A stretch of DNA of 48,822 nucleotides. Source: Tunavirus T1. The notes below the pieces were generated by a model. The model ran no database searches, was not told the origin of the DNA, and saw only the letters and a list, made by a program, of their open reading frames with translations. Where the stretch lies: sequence record MN153797.1, one strand, 5' to 3'. Both the position numbers and the translations under genes were made by a program. Below, piece by piece: positions 36,511 to 46,071 of the stretch. How positions within the stretch are numbered: the first letter of the stretch is position 1; each line of letters opens with the position of its first letter.

Positions 36511-38529
36511 GTGACAATGAACATTAAAAAACAGATTGCATTACTTGGCGATGACTATATAAAGAGAACTCAGGAGCGATTTACTGTTGGTGAGGTTGTT
36601 CCTTATCCGTACCAGGTTGTTGCTTATGCCGAGATCGCGAAACGCCTATCAAATTACGAGCATCCATTCTTCGTTAAAGCGTCTGTATCCGCAGGTAAGA
36701 CAATCATCTTCGCTATGGTGGCAAAGCAGTGTCAGAAAATGGGCTTAAAAATGCTTGTCCTGGCTCGTCAGGGTGAGATTGTCGATCAGGATAGCGAAGA
36801 GATCGACAACTTCGGGGTAACGAACTCCATCTTCTCAGCGTCACTTGGAATCAAGTCCTGCTACTTCCCGATCGTGGTTGGCTCAGAGGGTACTGTTGCA
36901 AATGGCCTCGACAATGAGTTAGCTGATTTCGTCCCGCATGTAATTGGGATCGACGAATGTCACCAGGTGGATTGGGAAGACCTTGCGCAAGCCATCGAGG
37001 GTAAGGAAACAATGGAACAAATGAGGGGCGAGAAAGGGAAAATTATCATGGACGGAGATATTCCCCTGATTGGTAATGATGGAAAGCCTTTGCTTGGAAC
37101 TAAGCGCAGTCAGTACACGATCGTAATCATGGAAATGATGCGGCGCTGTAAAAAGGTTCACGGTCACGATCTCAGAATATTTGGTATGACTGGATCTGAA
37201 TTTCGTGGCGTAGTTCCTATTCTGGTAGAGAATCCGAAAGCATTGGGATTCTGGCGTGAGCGAGTAACTGATATCGACACAAACTATCTGATTGAGTTCG
37301 GCTCTGTCGTTCCGACTATATTCGGATCAACAGACGGAGTTCATTACGATCTTGATAAGTTCAAGGCGTCTAGCGAGGACGGAGTGCAGGACTTTACAGA
37401 GAAAGACATGAAGGCTATGGAAGATGAGATCCTTCATGATAAATCTCTGACTCAGCGAATCATGCAAATGGTCGCCAAAAAGGCAGAAGAACGCAATGCG
37501 GTCCTGATTACATGTGCTGGTGTGCGCCACTGCAAAGATGCAGCGGCAGCACTTCCTCCGGGAAGCACCTATGCAATTATTACTGGCGACACAGACAACA
37601 AAGCGCGCAAGAAGATTCTTGACGATGTAAGGGCCGGAAAAATTAAATACACCTTTCAGGTAATGGCGCTCACTACTGGCGTTAACGTTCCAAATTGGGA
37701 TTTCAGTGTCATACTCCGCAAGATAGGATCGCTCACTCTGTTGATTCAACTTTTGGGTAGGGGTATGCGACTGCTTAAATACTGGCAGGTTGCTGAAGGA
37801 ATGGTTAAGCAGGACCATCTGGTATGGGATTTTGCAGGTACGATGGATGAGCTGGGTCAGCTTTATTTCGATCCGATACTTGAGCAGGCGCAATTCCAGA
37901 AGCGTTTTGAAAACGGCAAAGATCCGAAAACATGTCCGAAATGCGGTTGCGTAAATAGCTTCTATGCTCGACGATGCGTTAATGTCATTGATGGTGAGCG
38001 TTGCGATCATTTCTGGACTTCTCAGATTTGTGAGGACCAGGTTGACGAGCGAACCGGGAAAATCCTTGTTAAAGGATGCGGTGCAGAGAATGACGTTGTT
38101 GCGCGAGTCTGTCGTTGTTGTGATGCTTCTCTTGTCGATCCTAACCTGAAGTTATCCGGTAAGGCGTACACCAAGAATGACTGGTATGAAGTAAAGAATT
38201 TTGAGGTTACGCTAACCAAAAACCAGAAAGGCATAATATACAAATACACTCTGATTAACGACGATGGTGATGAGTTCAAGGCGTATGAAAAATTCTTCCC
38301 CGAGTCTGACTCTAAGATTTGCGGTACGCTATGGAAAACTAAAGGTGTACTTCCTCATGTGTCAGATCCTAAAATGCGCCGCTACTTTATCGGAATGAAG
38401 AACGCCATCAAGATTTTGCAATACTCACATCATATTGCTCACCCGGTGCGCGTAACTCATCGTCGCAACCAGAAGAAAGAAGATATCATCTCACGCAAAG
38501 ACTTCGGTATGGAGGATATCCCGGAATGA
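36511..38529 (+). CDS. SF2 DEAD/DEAH-type helicase with C-terminal Cys-rich zinc-finger region
   Basis: Walker A SVSAGKT, Walker B DECH; CPKCGC and CRCC clusters; GTG 36511 or ATG 36517 start. Confidence 0.7.
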   Translation: MTMNIKKQIALLGDDYIKRTQERFTVGEVVPYPYQVVAYAEIAKRLSNYEHPFFVKASVSAGKTIIFAMVAKQCQKMGLKMLVLARQGEIVDQDSEEIDNFGVTNSIFSASLGIKSCYFPIVVGSEGTVANGLDNELADFVPHVIGIDECHQVDWEDLAQAIEGKETMEQMRGEKGKIIMDGDIPLIGNDGKPLLGTKRSQYTIVIMEMMRRCKKVHGHDLRIFGMTGSEFRGVVPILVENPKALGFWRERVTDIDTNYLIEFGSVVPTIFGSTDGVHYDLDKFKASSEDGVQDFTEKDMKAMEDEILHDKSLTQRIMQMVAKKAEERNAVLITCAGVRHCKDAAAALPPGSTYAIITGDTDNKARKKILDDVRAGKIKYTFQVMALTTGVNVPNWDFSVILRKIGSLTLLIQLLGRGMRLLKYWQVAEGMVKQDHLVWDFAGTMDELGQLYFDPILEQAQFQKRFENGKDPKTCPKCGCVNSFYARRCVNVIDGERCDHFWTSQICEDQVDERTGKILVKGCGAENDVVARVCRCCDASLVDPNLKLSGKAYTKNDWYEVKNFEVTLTKNQKGIIYKYTLINDDGDEFKAYEKFFPESDSKICGTLWKTKGVLPHVSDPKMRRYFIGMKNAIKILQYSHHIAHPVRVTHRRNQKKEDIISRKDFGMEDIPE

Positions 38530-38942
38530 TTACAGACAAAGGTGATTATTTAGAATTTTACGAGAGAGACACAAGCGACACTCGAAAGGAGGATGCTCAT
38601 CAGGTGGATTGTGTATCTTGGCTGAAATACAATTTCCCTCACCTTCTATTTTGGCACACTGTCAATGAAGGTGAAAAAACAATCACATCGGCGCTCAGGG
38701 ATGAGCAGGCAGGATTACTTAAAGGCGTGTCAGACTTCGTTATCCTGATTGGTGTTAACTCACGATACCCGTTTGCAGCAATCGAACTTAAGCGGGTTAA
38801 TAAGTCAGGCAAAGGAAAGGCGTCACCAGTCAGCGACAAGCAAAGGGAATTTCTCCAAAAGGTCAGGGAGCGTGGCGGCTTCTCTGCCGTCGCATACGGA
38901 TTCGGGCAATTCAAGATCGCAATTTACGAAATGATGAAATAG
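38526..38942 (+). CDS. VRR-NUC-like nuclease domain protein
   Basis: PD-(D/E)XK-like core VSDFVIL..AAIELKR; overlaps helicase stop. Confidence 0.45.
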   Translation: MITDKGDYLEFYERDTSDTRKEDAHQVDCVSWLKYNFPHLLFWHTVNEGEKTITSALRDEQAGLLKGVSDFVILIGVNSRYPFAAIELKRVNKSGKGKASPVSDKQREFLQKVRERGGFSAVAYGFGQFKIAIYEMMK

Positions 38943-38982
38943 CACTTTTTGTTAAAACTGCCGGGATGGAATCTGGCATTAT
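38940..38982 (+). promoter_or_regulatory. Box-dependent promoter: tagcactttttgtta + TGg-CATTAT (38977-38982)
   Basis: Centre to -10 = 30 bp; box TAG = upstream stop. Confidence 0.5.
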
Positions 38983-39009
38983 TATCTCACCAAAACGAGA
39001 GGAATAAAA

Positions 39010-39723
39010 ATGAAAGACTTTAATGATATCGAAACTATCGACTTTGCAGAAACTGGTTGCTCATTCACTCGCGAAGCAATAGCATCAGGCGGTTATTATC
39101 AGGCATTGAAAACGCCAACCTGTAAAGAGATTTCAGGGCGTCGATACAAGGGGACAAATACCCCTGACGCTGTTCGTGATTTATGGTCAACTCCGCGAGA
39201 GGTTATTGCATACCTTGAGGGTCGTTATGGGAAATATGATCTCGACGCTGCGGCAAGCGAAGAAAATAAAGTTTGCGAGAAGTTTTACTCTCAGGAAACA
39301 AACTGCTTAAAACGTTGGTGGGGAAAGAATAAGCACGTTTGGTTAAATCCTCCTTATAGCCGACCTGATATATTTGTCAAGAAGGCCATTGAGCAAATGG
39401 AGCACAACAATCAGATCGATATGCTTTTACCTGCAGATAACTCTACTGCGTGGTTTACTGAAGCGCGGCAGAACGCAGCTGAAATAATCTGGATTGAAGC
39501 GGACTTGACTGAGGATATTGACGGCAATGAATACGCACGATCCGGTCGCCTGGCTTTCATATCCGGTGAAACTGGAAAGGCCGTATACGGTAATAACAAA
39601 GGTTCGGTAATTTTTATTATGCGCGAACTTAAAGAAGGTGAGGTGCAACAGACTCACTACATCCCAATCACAAGCATTTGCCCTTCGGTGAAAAACAAAC
39701 GAGCAAAGGTGAGGAAAGTATGA
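39010..39723 (+). CDS. dam: DNA N6-adenine methyltransferase (Dam-like)
   Basis: Catalytic motif NPPY in WLNPPYSRP; RBS gagagga. Confidence 0.65.
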   Translation: MKDFNDIETIDFAETGCSFTREAIASGGYYQALKTPTCKEISGRRYKGTNTPDAVRDLWSTPREVIAYLEGRYGKYDLDAAASEENKVCEKFYSQETNCLKRWWGKNKHVWLNPPYSRPDIFVKKAIEQMEHNNQIDMLLPADNSTAWFTEARQNAAEIIWIEADLTEDIDGNEYARSGRLAFISGETGKAVYGNNKGSVIFIMRELKEGEVQQTHYIPITSICPSVKNKRAKVRKV

Positions 39724-39971
39724 TGAGCGAAAAAATGGTTCCTGTTAAATTAACTGAGCAAGGTTTATGGCTACTTTATCGAGCTACGTGCTGCGAAATT
39801 ATGGAGCGAAACGGATTGACTCAGGATGTTATTGGTTGCGATCTGTGGGAGTTCACTAGTTCTCTTGATATGTCTTTCGATGAGATAAAAAATGAATACA
39901 TAGAGAACTGGCCTTCAATCATACAGAAAGACGTGGAAGAACTTAAAGCTGATACAATCGTACAGCACTAA
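39720..39971 (+). CDS. hypothetical protein
   Basis: ATG overlaps dam stop; RBS ggtgagga. Confidence 0.45.
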   Translation: MMSEKMVPVKLTEQGLWLLYRATCCEIMERNGLTQDVIGCDLWEFTSSLDMSFDEIKNEYIENWPSIIQKDVEELKADTIVQH

Positions 39972-40005
39972 TTGCTAAAACTACCCGGCGAAAGTCGGGT
40001 ATAGT
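39963..40005 (+). promoter_or_regulatory. Box-dependent promoter: cagcactaattgcta + TATAGT (40000-40005)
   Basis: Centre to -10 = 30 bp; hairpin acccgg-cgaaagt-cgggt just upstream of -10. Confidence 0.5.
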
Positions 40006-40037
40006 TATTTCATAGAAACGAAATGAGGAATCAGAAG

Positions 40038-40247
40038 ATGGCACGCATTAACGCAAACTTTTTCAATATCGCTCAGCAGTCCGCAAAAATGGCTGTTCAT
40101 ATTACGAACAAGCAAGGCGGCAACTTCGATTGGGATATTGCTATGAACTTCCTTAAAATGTCTTATTACCGTTGCTCAGTTGAAGAAGTCGAAGGCTTCA
40201 TCTCTGACGTGGAGAAATTAACTAATGCTGATAAAAAAGCAAGGTAA
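40038..40247 (+). CDS. hypothetical protein
   Basis: ATG 40038 with RBS tgagga. Confidence 0.45.
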   Translation: MARINANFFNIAQQSAKMAVHITNKQGGNFDWDIAMNFLKMSYYRCSVEEVEGFISDVEKLTNADKKAR

Positions 40248-40497
40248 GCGCGAAGTGTGGGAGCACGCAAAGGAATGCGGCATCTCAGACGATATAGCAT
40301 TAATTGCTAAATACTTTGATATAAAGGATGTTAGCATTATATCAAACGGCAAGATTTCATTTATGGAAGGTATGCCGAGAAAAATGCAAAGAGTTCCAGC
40401 CACTCCATCACTTGAGTTTTACCGCGAAGAGGGAAAGAGAATTGAGCGAGAAAGAAAATCCACAAAAAACGGCAAGTCTTCCAGGCTTAAATATTAA
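40225..40497 (+). CDS. hypothetical protein
   Basis: ORF track only. Confidence 0.35.
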   Translation: MLIKKQGKREVWEHAKECGISDDIALIAKYFDIKDVSIISNGKISFMEGMPRKMQRVPATPSLEFYREEGKRIERERKSTKNGKSSRLKY

Positions 40498-40729
40498 TGC
40501 GGACGAATACCAGGCAATATGGATCGGGAAAAAGCAGGTTAAGCAAATCCCTTTCTCTGACTGGTTGCCACCTGACTTTGTTAATGTGCTTTGCACTATC
40601 GGTATTGAGCAGGAGTTGCATATAGGTTACTACTCACCTGGCCGAAACAGTATGATGCTTGAGGTTGACGGAAAGCTCGTTGAGTTTAAATCTTCAGATC
40701 TAGGATTCTGGTTAAAGGCTGTGGCATGA
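40328..40729 (+). CDS. hypothetical protein, start unresolved (overlaps previous ORF in another frame)
   Basis: ORF track only. Confidence 0.3.
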   Translation: MLALYQTARFHLWKVCREKCKEFQPLHHLSFTAKRERELSEKENPQKTASLPGLNINADEYQAIWIGKKQVKQIPFSDWLPPDFVNVLCTIGIEQELHIGYYSPGRNSMMLEVDGKLVEFKSSDLGFWLKAVA

Positions 40730-40807
40730 AACTTTATTTTGCTGTAGTATTAACACCGCTAATTTCATTTTCAGTAATGTATTTCATTATCATGTAAGGA
40801 TTAAAAT

Positions 40808-41941
40808 ATGTCACAAGCTAAAATCACTACCGAGCAACTTATCGAAGAGCGCATGAGCGGCCTGACACTTCGCGAGATCGCGGAAAAGTACGGTATGCAC
40901 ATTCGCACTGTCGAGGCGCGTCACGCAAAACTTGCAAAAGAAGGCCACTTCCACGGCAACGAGCATGTTGCTAAGATGGTTCCGGAAGGCTTCATGGTAA
41001 AAGGCACGTCAACCATGATTGACGCGGAAGGTAACGAGAAGATTCGTTGGGTTAAGACATCAGTTGATAATGAGCGCCTTGAGGTTCTAATGGAAAAAGC
41101 GCGTGAAGCATTCTGTTCAGAGTTGCCTAAGGCTATTCCATCTGAATCACCTGACGTTAGTTTTGATGAAGACACGCTTGCGATGTATCCAGTTTTTGAT
41201 TTGCACATTGGTGCTCTTGCTCACAAACATGAGTGCGGCGAAAACTACGACACAGCGACAGCAGAGAAGGTTATGAATGGGTTCTTTGACTACGCTGTAG
41301 ATAAGGCGCCAAACTCAAAGAATGCCGTATTGGTATTGGGTGGCGATTTCCTACATTACGACTCTTTGGAGTCTAAGACTCCAGCGTCAGGCCATTACTT
41401 AGATTCTGACAGTCGTTACGCTAAGCTTGTTTATGTCGCAATCCGATCAGTACGACGCGCAGTCTCTCGAATGCTGGAGAAGCACCAAGTTATTGATATT
41501 AAAGCAATAAGTGGGAATCACGACGAATCAGGGATGGTTTGGTTGCGCGCTGCGCTTGCTGCATTTTATGAAGATGAGCCGCGCGTAAATGTTGATGTTA
41601 GCCCTGCCGCAATGATGATGACCAGCTTTGGTAAGACCCTTATTGGATACACTCACGGGCATCAAATGCGAAAAGCAGATACTCGACTAAGTGTTATGGC
41701 AACTGATTTTCGTAAGTTGTTTGGTCAAAGTGATTACGTTTACACGCATAGCGGTCACTGGCACAGTCAAAAGATTACAGAAACAAACTTGGGTATTGAT
41801 GAGGTTCATGGTCAGCTTGGAAGTCCTGACGCATACTCTGCCAATGGCGGTTGGAGGTCTCAGCGTCAAGCTGCTGTGATTGTCTATCACAAGGAATTTG
41901 GTGAGGTTGGACGATTCATTTGTCGACCTGAAATGTTCTAA
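40808..41941 (+). CDS. calcineurin-like metallophosphoesterase with N-terminal HTH-like segment
   Basis: Motifs LVLGGDFLHYD and ISGNHDESG; N-terminal LTLREIAEKYGMHIRTV. Confidence 0.55.
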   Translation: MSQAKITTEQLIEERMSGLTLREIAEKYGMHIRTVEARHAKLAKEGHFHGNEHVAKMVPEGFMVKGTSTMIDAEGNEKIRWVKTSVDNERLEVLMEKAREAFCSELPKAIPSESPDVSFDEDTLAMYPVFDLHIGALAHKHECGENYDTATAEKVMNGFFDYAVDKAPNSKNAVLVLGGDFLHYDSLESKTPASGHYLDSDSRYAKLVYVAIRSVRRAVSRMLEKHQVIDIKAISGNHDESGMVWLRAALAAFYEDEPRVNVDVSPAAMMMTSFGKTLIGYTHGHQMRKADTRLSVMATDFRKLFGQSDYVYTHSGHWHSQKITETNLGIDEVHGQLGSPDAYSANGGWRSQRQAAVIVYHKEFGEVGRFICRPEMF

Positions 41942-41942
41942 A

Positions 41943-41985
41943 TAGCACCTTTTGTTAAAACAGTACCCGCGAAAGCGGGTATTAT
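41943..41985 (+). promoter_or_regulatory. Box-dependent promoter: tagcaccttttgtta + TATTAT (41980-41985)
   Basis: Centre to -10 = 30 bp; hairpin acccgc-gaaa-gcgggt. Confidence 0.5.
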
Positions 41986-42013
41986 TGTTTTATAGAAACA
42001 AGAGGAGATTGCA

Positions 42014-42496
42014 ATGAACTGGCACGAGCATTACGAATATAGGGATGGTGTTCTATATCACAAGGTAAAGCCATGCAGAAGGCATGATGTAAATATTGGG
42101 GATGTTGCTGGAAGGGTTGCCAAAAACGGCTATCACTATGTTGTTCACAAGAACAGGCCGTATAAGAGATCTCGAGTTATATGGGAGATGTTTAATGGTG
42201 AGATACCAGATGGTTTTGTTATAGATCATCTGAATCACAATGCCACCGATGATAGGATCGATAACCTTGAGTGTAAGCCAAGAAGAGAGAATATGGTTAA
42301 TGTTAAGTTAAGGATTGATAGCACGACCGGAGTAACTGGCGTATCAAGAAAGAGGGATAACAAGTGGAGGGCGTACATAACAATTATGGGTAAGCAGAAG
42401 TGCAAGAGCTTTGACACGTTTGAGGAAGCTTGCGCGCAGAGGATTGAATGGTCAGTAACTCATGATTTTCACCCAAATCACGGTGGAACATACTAA
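42014..42496 (+). CDS. HNH homing endonuclease
   Basis: GVLYHK..DHLNHNATDDRIDNL..GVTGVS motifs; paralog of 5465..5959. Confidence 0.7.
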   Translation: MNWHEHYEYRDGVLYHKVKPCRRHDVNIGDVAGRVAKNGYHYVVHKNRPYKRSRVIWEMFNGEIPDGFVIDHLNHNATDDRIDNLECKPRRENMVNVKLRIDSTTGVTGVSRKRDNKWRAYITIMGKQKCKSFDTFEEACAQRIEWSVTHDFHPNHGGTY

Positions 42497-42539
42497 TAGC
42501 ACCTTTTACCTAACCCGCGCCACAGAAGTGCGGCATAGT
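42497..42539 (+). promoter_or_regulatory. Box-dependent promoter (degenerate box tagcaccttttacct) + CATAGT (42534-42539)
   Basis: Centre to -10 = 30 bp. Confidence 0.4.
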
Positions 42540-42568
42540 AACCACATCGAAAACAGAGATGCTATATC

Positions 42569-42745
42569 ATGAAGATAGTCAAGTGCATCCGAAATGACTC
42601 CAAAACACTTCCATTCCGTGTAAATCAGATCTATAGTGTTGGTTATGATTTCGGTGGGGGATTATTTGAGATTTACGACGGGCGAGGTTCAGCAATCCAG
42701 ACTCCTCTGAACGGTCACTACCTGGAATTTATTGAGATAGATTAA
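42569..42745 (+). CDS. small hypothetical protein (58 aa)
   Basis: ATG after promoter; not in ORF track (under 60 aa); weak RBS. Confidence 0.3.
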   Translation: MKIVKCIRNDSKTLPFRVNQIYSVGYDFGGGLFEIYDGRGSAIQTPLNGHYLEFIEID

Positions 42746-42863
42746 CAATAGCATTCATCACCTTACAGGCTGGCATGATTTACATGCTGGCCTTTTTGCG
42801 TTGTGTCAAATAAATTTGAAGGTTAAAATCTACTCACTTGTTCAAAAAATATATGGTGAGATT

Positions 42864-43079
42864 ATGAAAGAGTTTTTAACGGCTGCTACGTCAAGCACTG
42901 GCGGTGCTTCGTTGGTAGGGGCGGCGACAGGGCAACTTTATATTGCTGGCGCTACATTCATTTGCTTTCTGCTTTTTGGTGCCTGGGGAGCGTACTGGAA
43001 GTATCGTGATAGCAAGGCAATTCAGGAAGCGTTAAACGATGGCGATCTAAATAAGGCGCTTAAGATCAGGGGGAGATAA
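42864..43079 (+). CDS. holin (small TM protein upstream of endolysin)
   Basis: Internal ATG of ORF 42801..43079; hydrophobic core [21 protein letters not shown], charged C-terminus. Confidence 0.5.
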   Translation: MKEFLTAATSSTGGASLVGAATGQLYIAGATFICFLLFGAWGAYWKYRDSKAIQEALNDGDLNKALKIRGR

Positions 43080-43567
43080 TGAGTTTAAAAAATAACGTTA
43101 TAGGCGCATCAATCGGGGCCGCTTTGACGTTGACACCTACCCTACTGGAACGGATCGAAGGTATAGAATACGAGGTTTATTACGATATCGCCGGAGTCCC
43201 TACCGTATGCAGCGGAATAACCGGGCCTGACGTCATACCTGGTAAGAAATACACTAAGCGAGAATGCGATGCATTGCTGATAAAACATATCGGCGTCGCT
43301 CAGCGATACGTTGACAAGAAGGTTAAGGTTGACATTCCGGTAACTATGCGCGCATCACTGTATAGCTTCACTTTCAACGTTGGGACTGGCGCTTTCGGAT
43401 CGTCTACAATGCTTAAGCTAATCAATCAGAGCAAGCACAAAGAAGCGTGTAATCAGTTATGGCGATGGGTATACTACTACAACCCAAAAACCAAAAAGCG
43501 CGAAGTGTCGAGAGGGATCAAGAATCGGCGCGCTGAAGAATACGCATATTGCGTTAAGGAACTATAA
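43079..43567 (+). CDS. endolysin (lysozyme-like, probable N-terminal signal-anchor-release segment)
   Basis: N-terminal weakly hydrophobic [17 protein letters not shown] then [21 protein letters not shown] lysozyme-like region. Confidence 0.7.
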   Translation: MSLKNNVIGASIGAALTLTPTLLERIEGIEYEVYYDIAGVPTVCSGITGPDVIPGKKYTKRECDALLIKHIGVAQRYVDKKVKVDIPVTMRASLYSFTFNVGTGAFGSSTMLKLINQSKHKEACNQLWRWVYYYNPKTKKREVSRGIKNRRAEEYAYCVKEL

Positions 43568-43968
43568 TGAAACTTAAGAAAACGTGCATTGCAATTACGG
43601 TTGCTGTTGGTGTGATTTCTCTATCCGGTTGTTCGACGGCATCTGCTCTGAGTGGTTTACTTTCTGACTCCCAGGATGTTACGGCGCAGGTTGGCGCTGA
43701 GAACACAAAACAACTAGCAGGAGTAACAGCAAAGGCGGATGATAAGCGAGAAGTGAAGGTGAGTGATTCAAATATTGGCAAGATTGACTCATCCGTCAAG
43801 AAGTCCGTGGAGGTGTCAACCATTCAGGCCAACACGGTTAACGCTGAAAGCATCACAGTAACCAAATCTGGAAGCTGGTACGATCCTGTGGTTTGCTGGA
43901 TTCTCGTTTTTATTGTCCTGTTGCTGTTTTATTTTTTAATTCGTAAGCACGAAAAAAAGGAGGCGTAA
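43567..43968 (+). CDS. unimolecular spanin (lipoprotein signal plus C-terminal TM helix)
   Basis: N-terminal lipobox LSGC, C-terminal TM WILVFIVLLLFYFLI; directly after endolysin. Confidence 0.6.
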   Translation: MKLKKTCIAITVAVGVISLSGCSTASALSGLLSDSQDVTAQVGAENTKQLAGVTAKADDKREVKVSDSNIGKIDSSVKKSVEVSTIQANTVNAESITVTKSGSWYDPVVCWILVFIVLLLFYFLIRKHEKKEA

Positions 43969-43980
43969 GCCTCCTTTCTT
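43951..43980. terminator. Bidirectional terminator
   Basis: aggaggc-gtaa-gcctcct with A/T runs on both sides. Confidence 0.55.
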
Positions 43981-44182
43981 ATTTGTACCTTTTGACGTGA
44001 AGTAGCAACTCCCCATCCTGATCGCAAAGATTGTGCTCACCGTCGTTATTGGCCCTCATCGAAGTGAGCAGTAGGCTAAGTAATCCTTGCTCAAATTCTT
44101 CTTTCGTAAGCTGGAGCCTTGCGCACAATTCGACGTTCCGATCTATCAATGTTTCTACGTTCGCCAAACAAGTCTTCATCAC
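43979..44182 (-). CDS. hypothetical protein
   Basis: ORF track. Confidence 0.4.
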   Translation of the reverse strand: MMKTCLANVETLIDRNVELCARLQLTKEEFEQGLLSLLLTSMRANNDGEHNLCDQDGELLLHVKRYK

Positions 44183-44498
44183 TCATTTCTCCAATGTGCA
44201 TCATTTCCCACGTATATCGATTGTTGTAGCCATCAATACACATCAGCTTCATCATTACCGGGCGCTTGATCTTTCCCTTGCACCAGTAAAATCCACCCTT
44301 GCAATCAAGATAACCCTCAGTCACGCAGCGTGCGCAAAACTCCTTAGACAGCGCGCTTGTAAATTCACGGCGAGTCATTCCGGCGGCCTTAGCAAATCGC
44401 TCACTTTCCTTGTGGGCGTATATAAATTTCGCTATGTGCTGTCGAGTGTATTTGTCGTAACCTTCGCAGAACCTGAACAGATCTAAAAGAAGAAGCAT
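44091..44498 (-). CDS. hypothetical Cys-rich protein
   Basis: ORF track; 92-nt out-of-frame overlap with downstream ORF. Confidence 0.4.
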   Translation of the reverse strand: MLLLLDLFRFCEGYDKYTRQHIAKFIYAHKESERFAKAAGMTRREFTSALSKEFCARCVTEGYLDCKGGFYWCKGKIKRPVMMKLMCIDGYNNRYTWEMMHIGEMSDEDLFGERRNIDRSERRIVRKAPAYERRI

Positions 44499-44502
44499 AT
44501 TA

Positions 44503-46071
44503 TTAACCCATCAGTCGAGGATTGATGAAAACAATATCATCAATCCGGCAAGTGTAGTTCATCTCTTCGAGCGTGATCAGCAGGCTGTCGATTCGCTCAG
44601 CTACTTTTTGTTGACCGTTGAACGGCGTAACGTTACGGCACTTTGCAACAATGCTATGAATAGGTGCGCGACCTTTGTTCTTCTTTGCGATCTCAGTGAT
44701 AACATCAATCAGCTTACGAGATTCAGCCTCATCACCAGCATACCCGGCGGCGCTGGCAGACGACAGATAGGTTCTGGAAAGCTCATTGAAAATCATGATC
44801 GCTTCCTGCATTGTTTCAAGGTCAATCTCACGGTTGGAACGGTTCGGTGATTCACCCTCCCAGTTCTTGATTGTGTGAAGAACTGAAGCAATGCGCAAAG
44901 CGTGCTTATCGAACTTGCCGAGATGACCGCGTAGCATTGAGTGAGAGTATTTGCCCCCGGCTGCGAAATCCGGCTCCATAGCCTGGCGAGCAAGGTTTAA
45001 TTCACGCATAGCATTACGGCTTACAGAGAGAACAACGTTGTCCTCCTTCATAATGTTGTGCACAAGTCGATAATATTTACTCACCAATCCTCGATCGACT
45101 TCCTTATACAGTGCATCACCATTTTCATCGCAAAGAATACGAGTGCCTAAAAGAGGTTCCTCGCGAACCAATAGGAAACGCTCAGATACACCGATACCGC
45201 GCTGGCCTGCGTCCATGATACCCTTGATTGTTTCATCCTGCGCAATGACGCAGATCGAACCGACCGGGCAAAGAGATAAGTTATTGTCCTGATTTGAACG
45301 CGCAACCTCCATATGGTTTTTATCCCACGCCTTGAGGATAAGCTCGCTGTTTGATTTCTTATCAGAACCGCCATAAGTCAGGCCAAGCAATGTATTTATT
45401 GCCGTTGCCTCATCAGAGATTACGGAAAAGTGGCCTTGAACAGCAGCTACTTTCGCAAGACCTTCCGGTGTAGGATCTGATACCGCGAAAACAATATCAG
45501 CCATCTTCTTGATCTTCTCTTCCAGTTTTTCCTTGTCCTCGTACAGCGCCGCCGTCGTGTTACCCTTCGGATCGTTTTTGATTTCCTTCTCGATCTGACG
45601 TAGCTGACTGGTTAAACGGATACGTTCCTTTTTGCGCTCTTCATTCAGTCTCTGAATCTCTGCGCGCATAGGTGTAATCGCCGCTGAGTTAATCGCGGAT
45701 TTACCTGTTGATGGTGGCTGGCTAATCACCATATAAAGAGCGGTCGGTTGTTCTTCTCCGTGATATTGCACCCAAAACTTCCCTAGCATCGCGGCTGAGA
45801 TGCACCCAATGAAATGAGCGTACGCAGACGAAACAGGAAACTGTACAGACTCAGCTTTTGCTTTTGCATATTCGAATACCAGGTTATCGCCACCTAACGA
45901 AATCAGCGGGAACTTATCGTTTCCACTGTTGATATCGATCGGGTCTTGCCAAAACGAAACTGAATCCCCGTAGCTGTTTTCACGAATTGCGATCGCCACC
46001 GGATTAACTCCAGTGCTATTTGCGATCTCAATAATCTGTTGGTAATTCAGTTTTGGCTTAATATTAAACAT
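44503..46071 (-). CDS. P-loop ATPase, putative replication protein
   Basis: Walker A-like PPSTGKS; probable start MFNIKP with RBS aaggag, overlapping HNH stop (TGATG); ORF-track 5' extension covers the promoter. Confidence 0.5.
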   Translation of the reverse strand: MFNIKPKLNYQQIIEIANSTGVNPVAIAIRENSYGDSVSFWQDPIDINSGNDKFPLISLGGDNLVFEYAKAKAESVQFPVSSAYAHFIGCISAAMLGKFWVQYHGEEQPTALYMVISQPPSTGKSAINSAAITPMRAEIQRLNEERKKERIRLTSQLRQIEKEIKNDPKGNTTAALYEDKEKLEEKIKKMADIVFAVSDPTPEGLAKVAAVQGHFSVISDEATAINTLLGLTYGGSDKKSNSELILKAWDKNHMEVARSNQDNNLSLCPVGSICVIAQDETIKGIMDAGQRGIGVSERFLLVREEPLLGTRILCDENGDALYKEVDRGLVSKYYRLVHNIMKEDNVVLSVSRNAMRELNLARQAMEPDFAAGGKYSHSMLRGHLGKFDKHALRIASVLHTIKNWEGESPNRSNREIDLETMQEAIMIFNELSRTYLSSASAAGYAGDEAESRKLIDVITEIAKKNKGRAPIHSIVAKCRNVTPFNGQQKVAERIDSLLITLEEMNYTCRIDDIVFINPRLMG

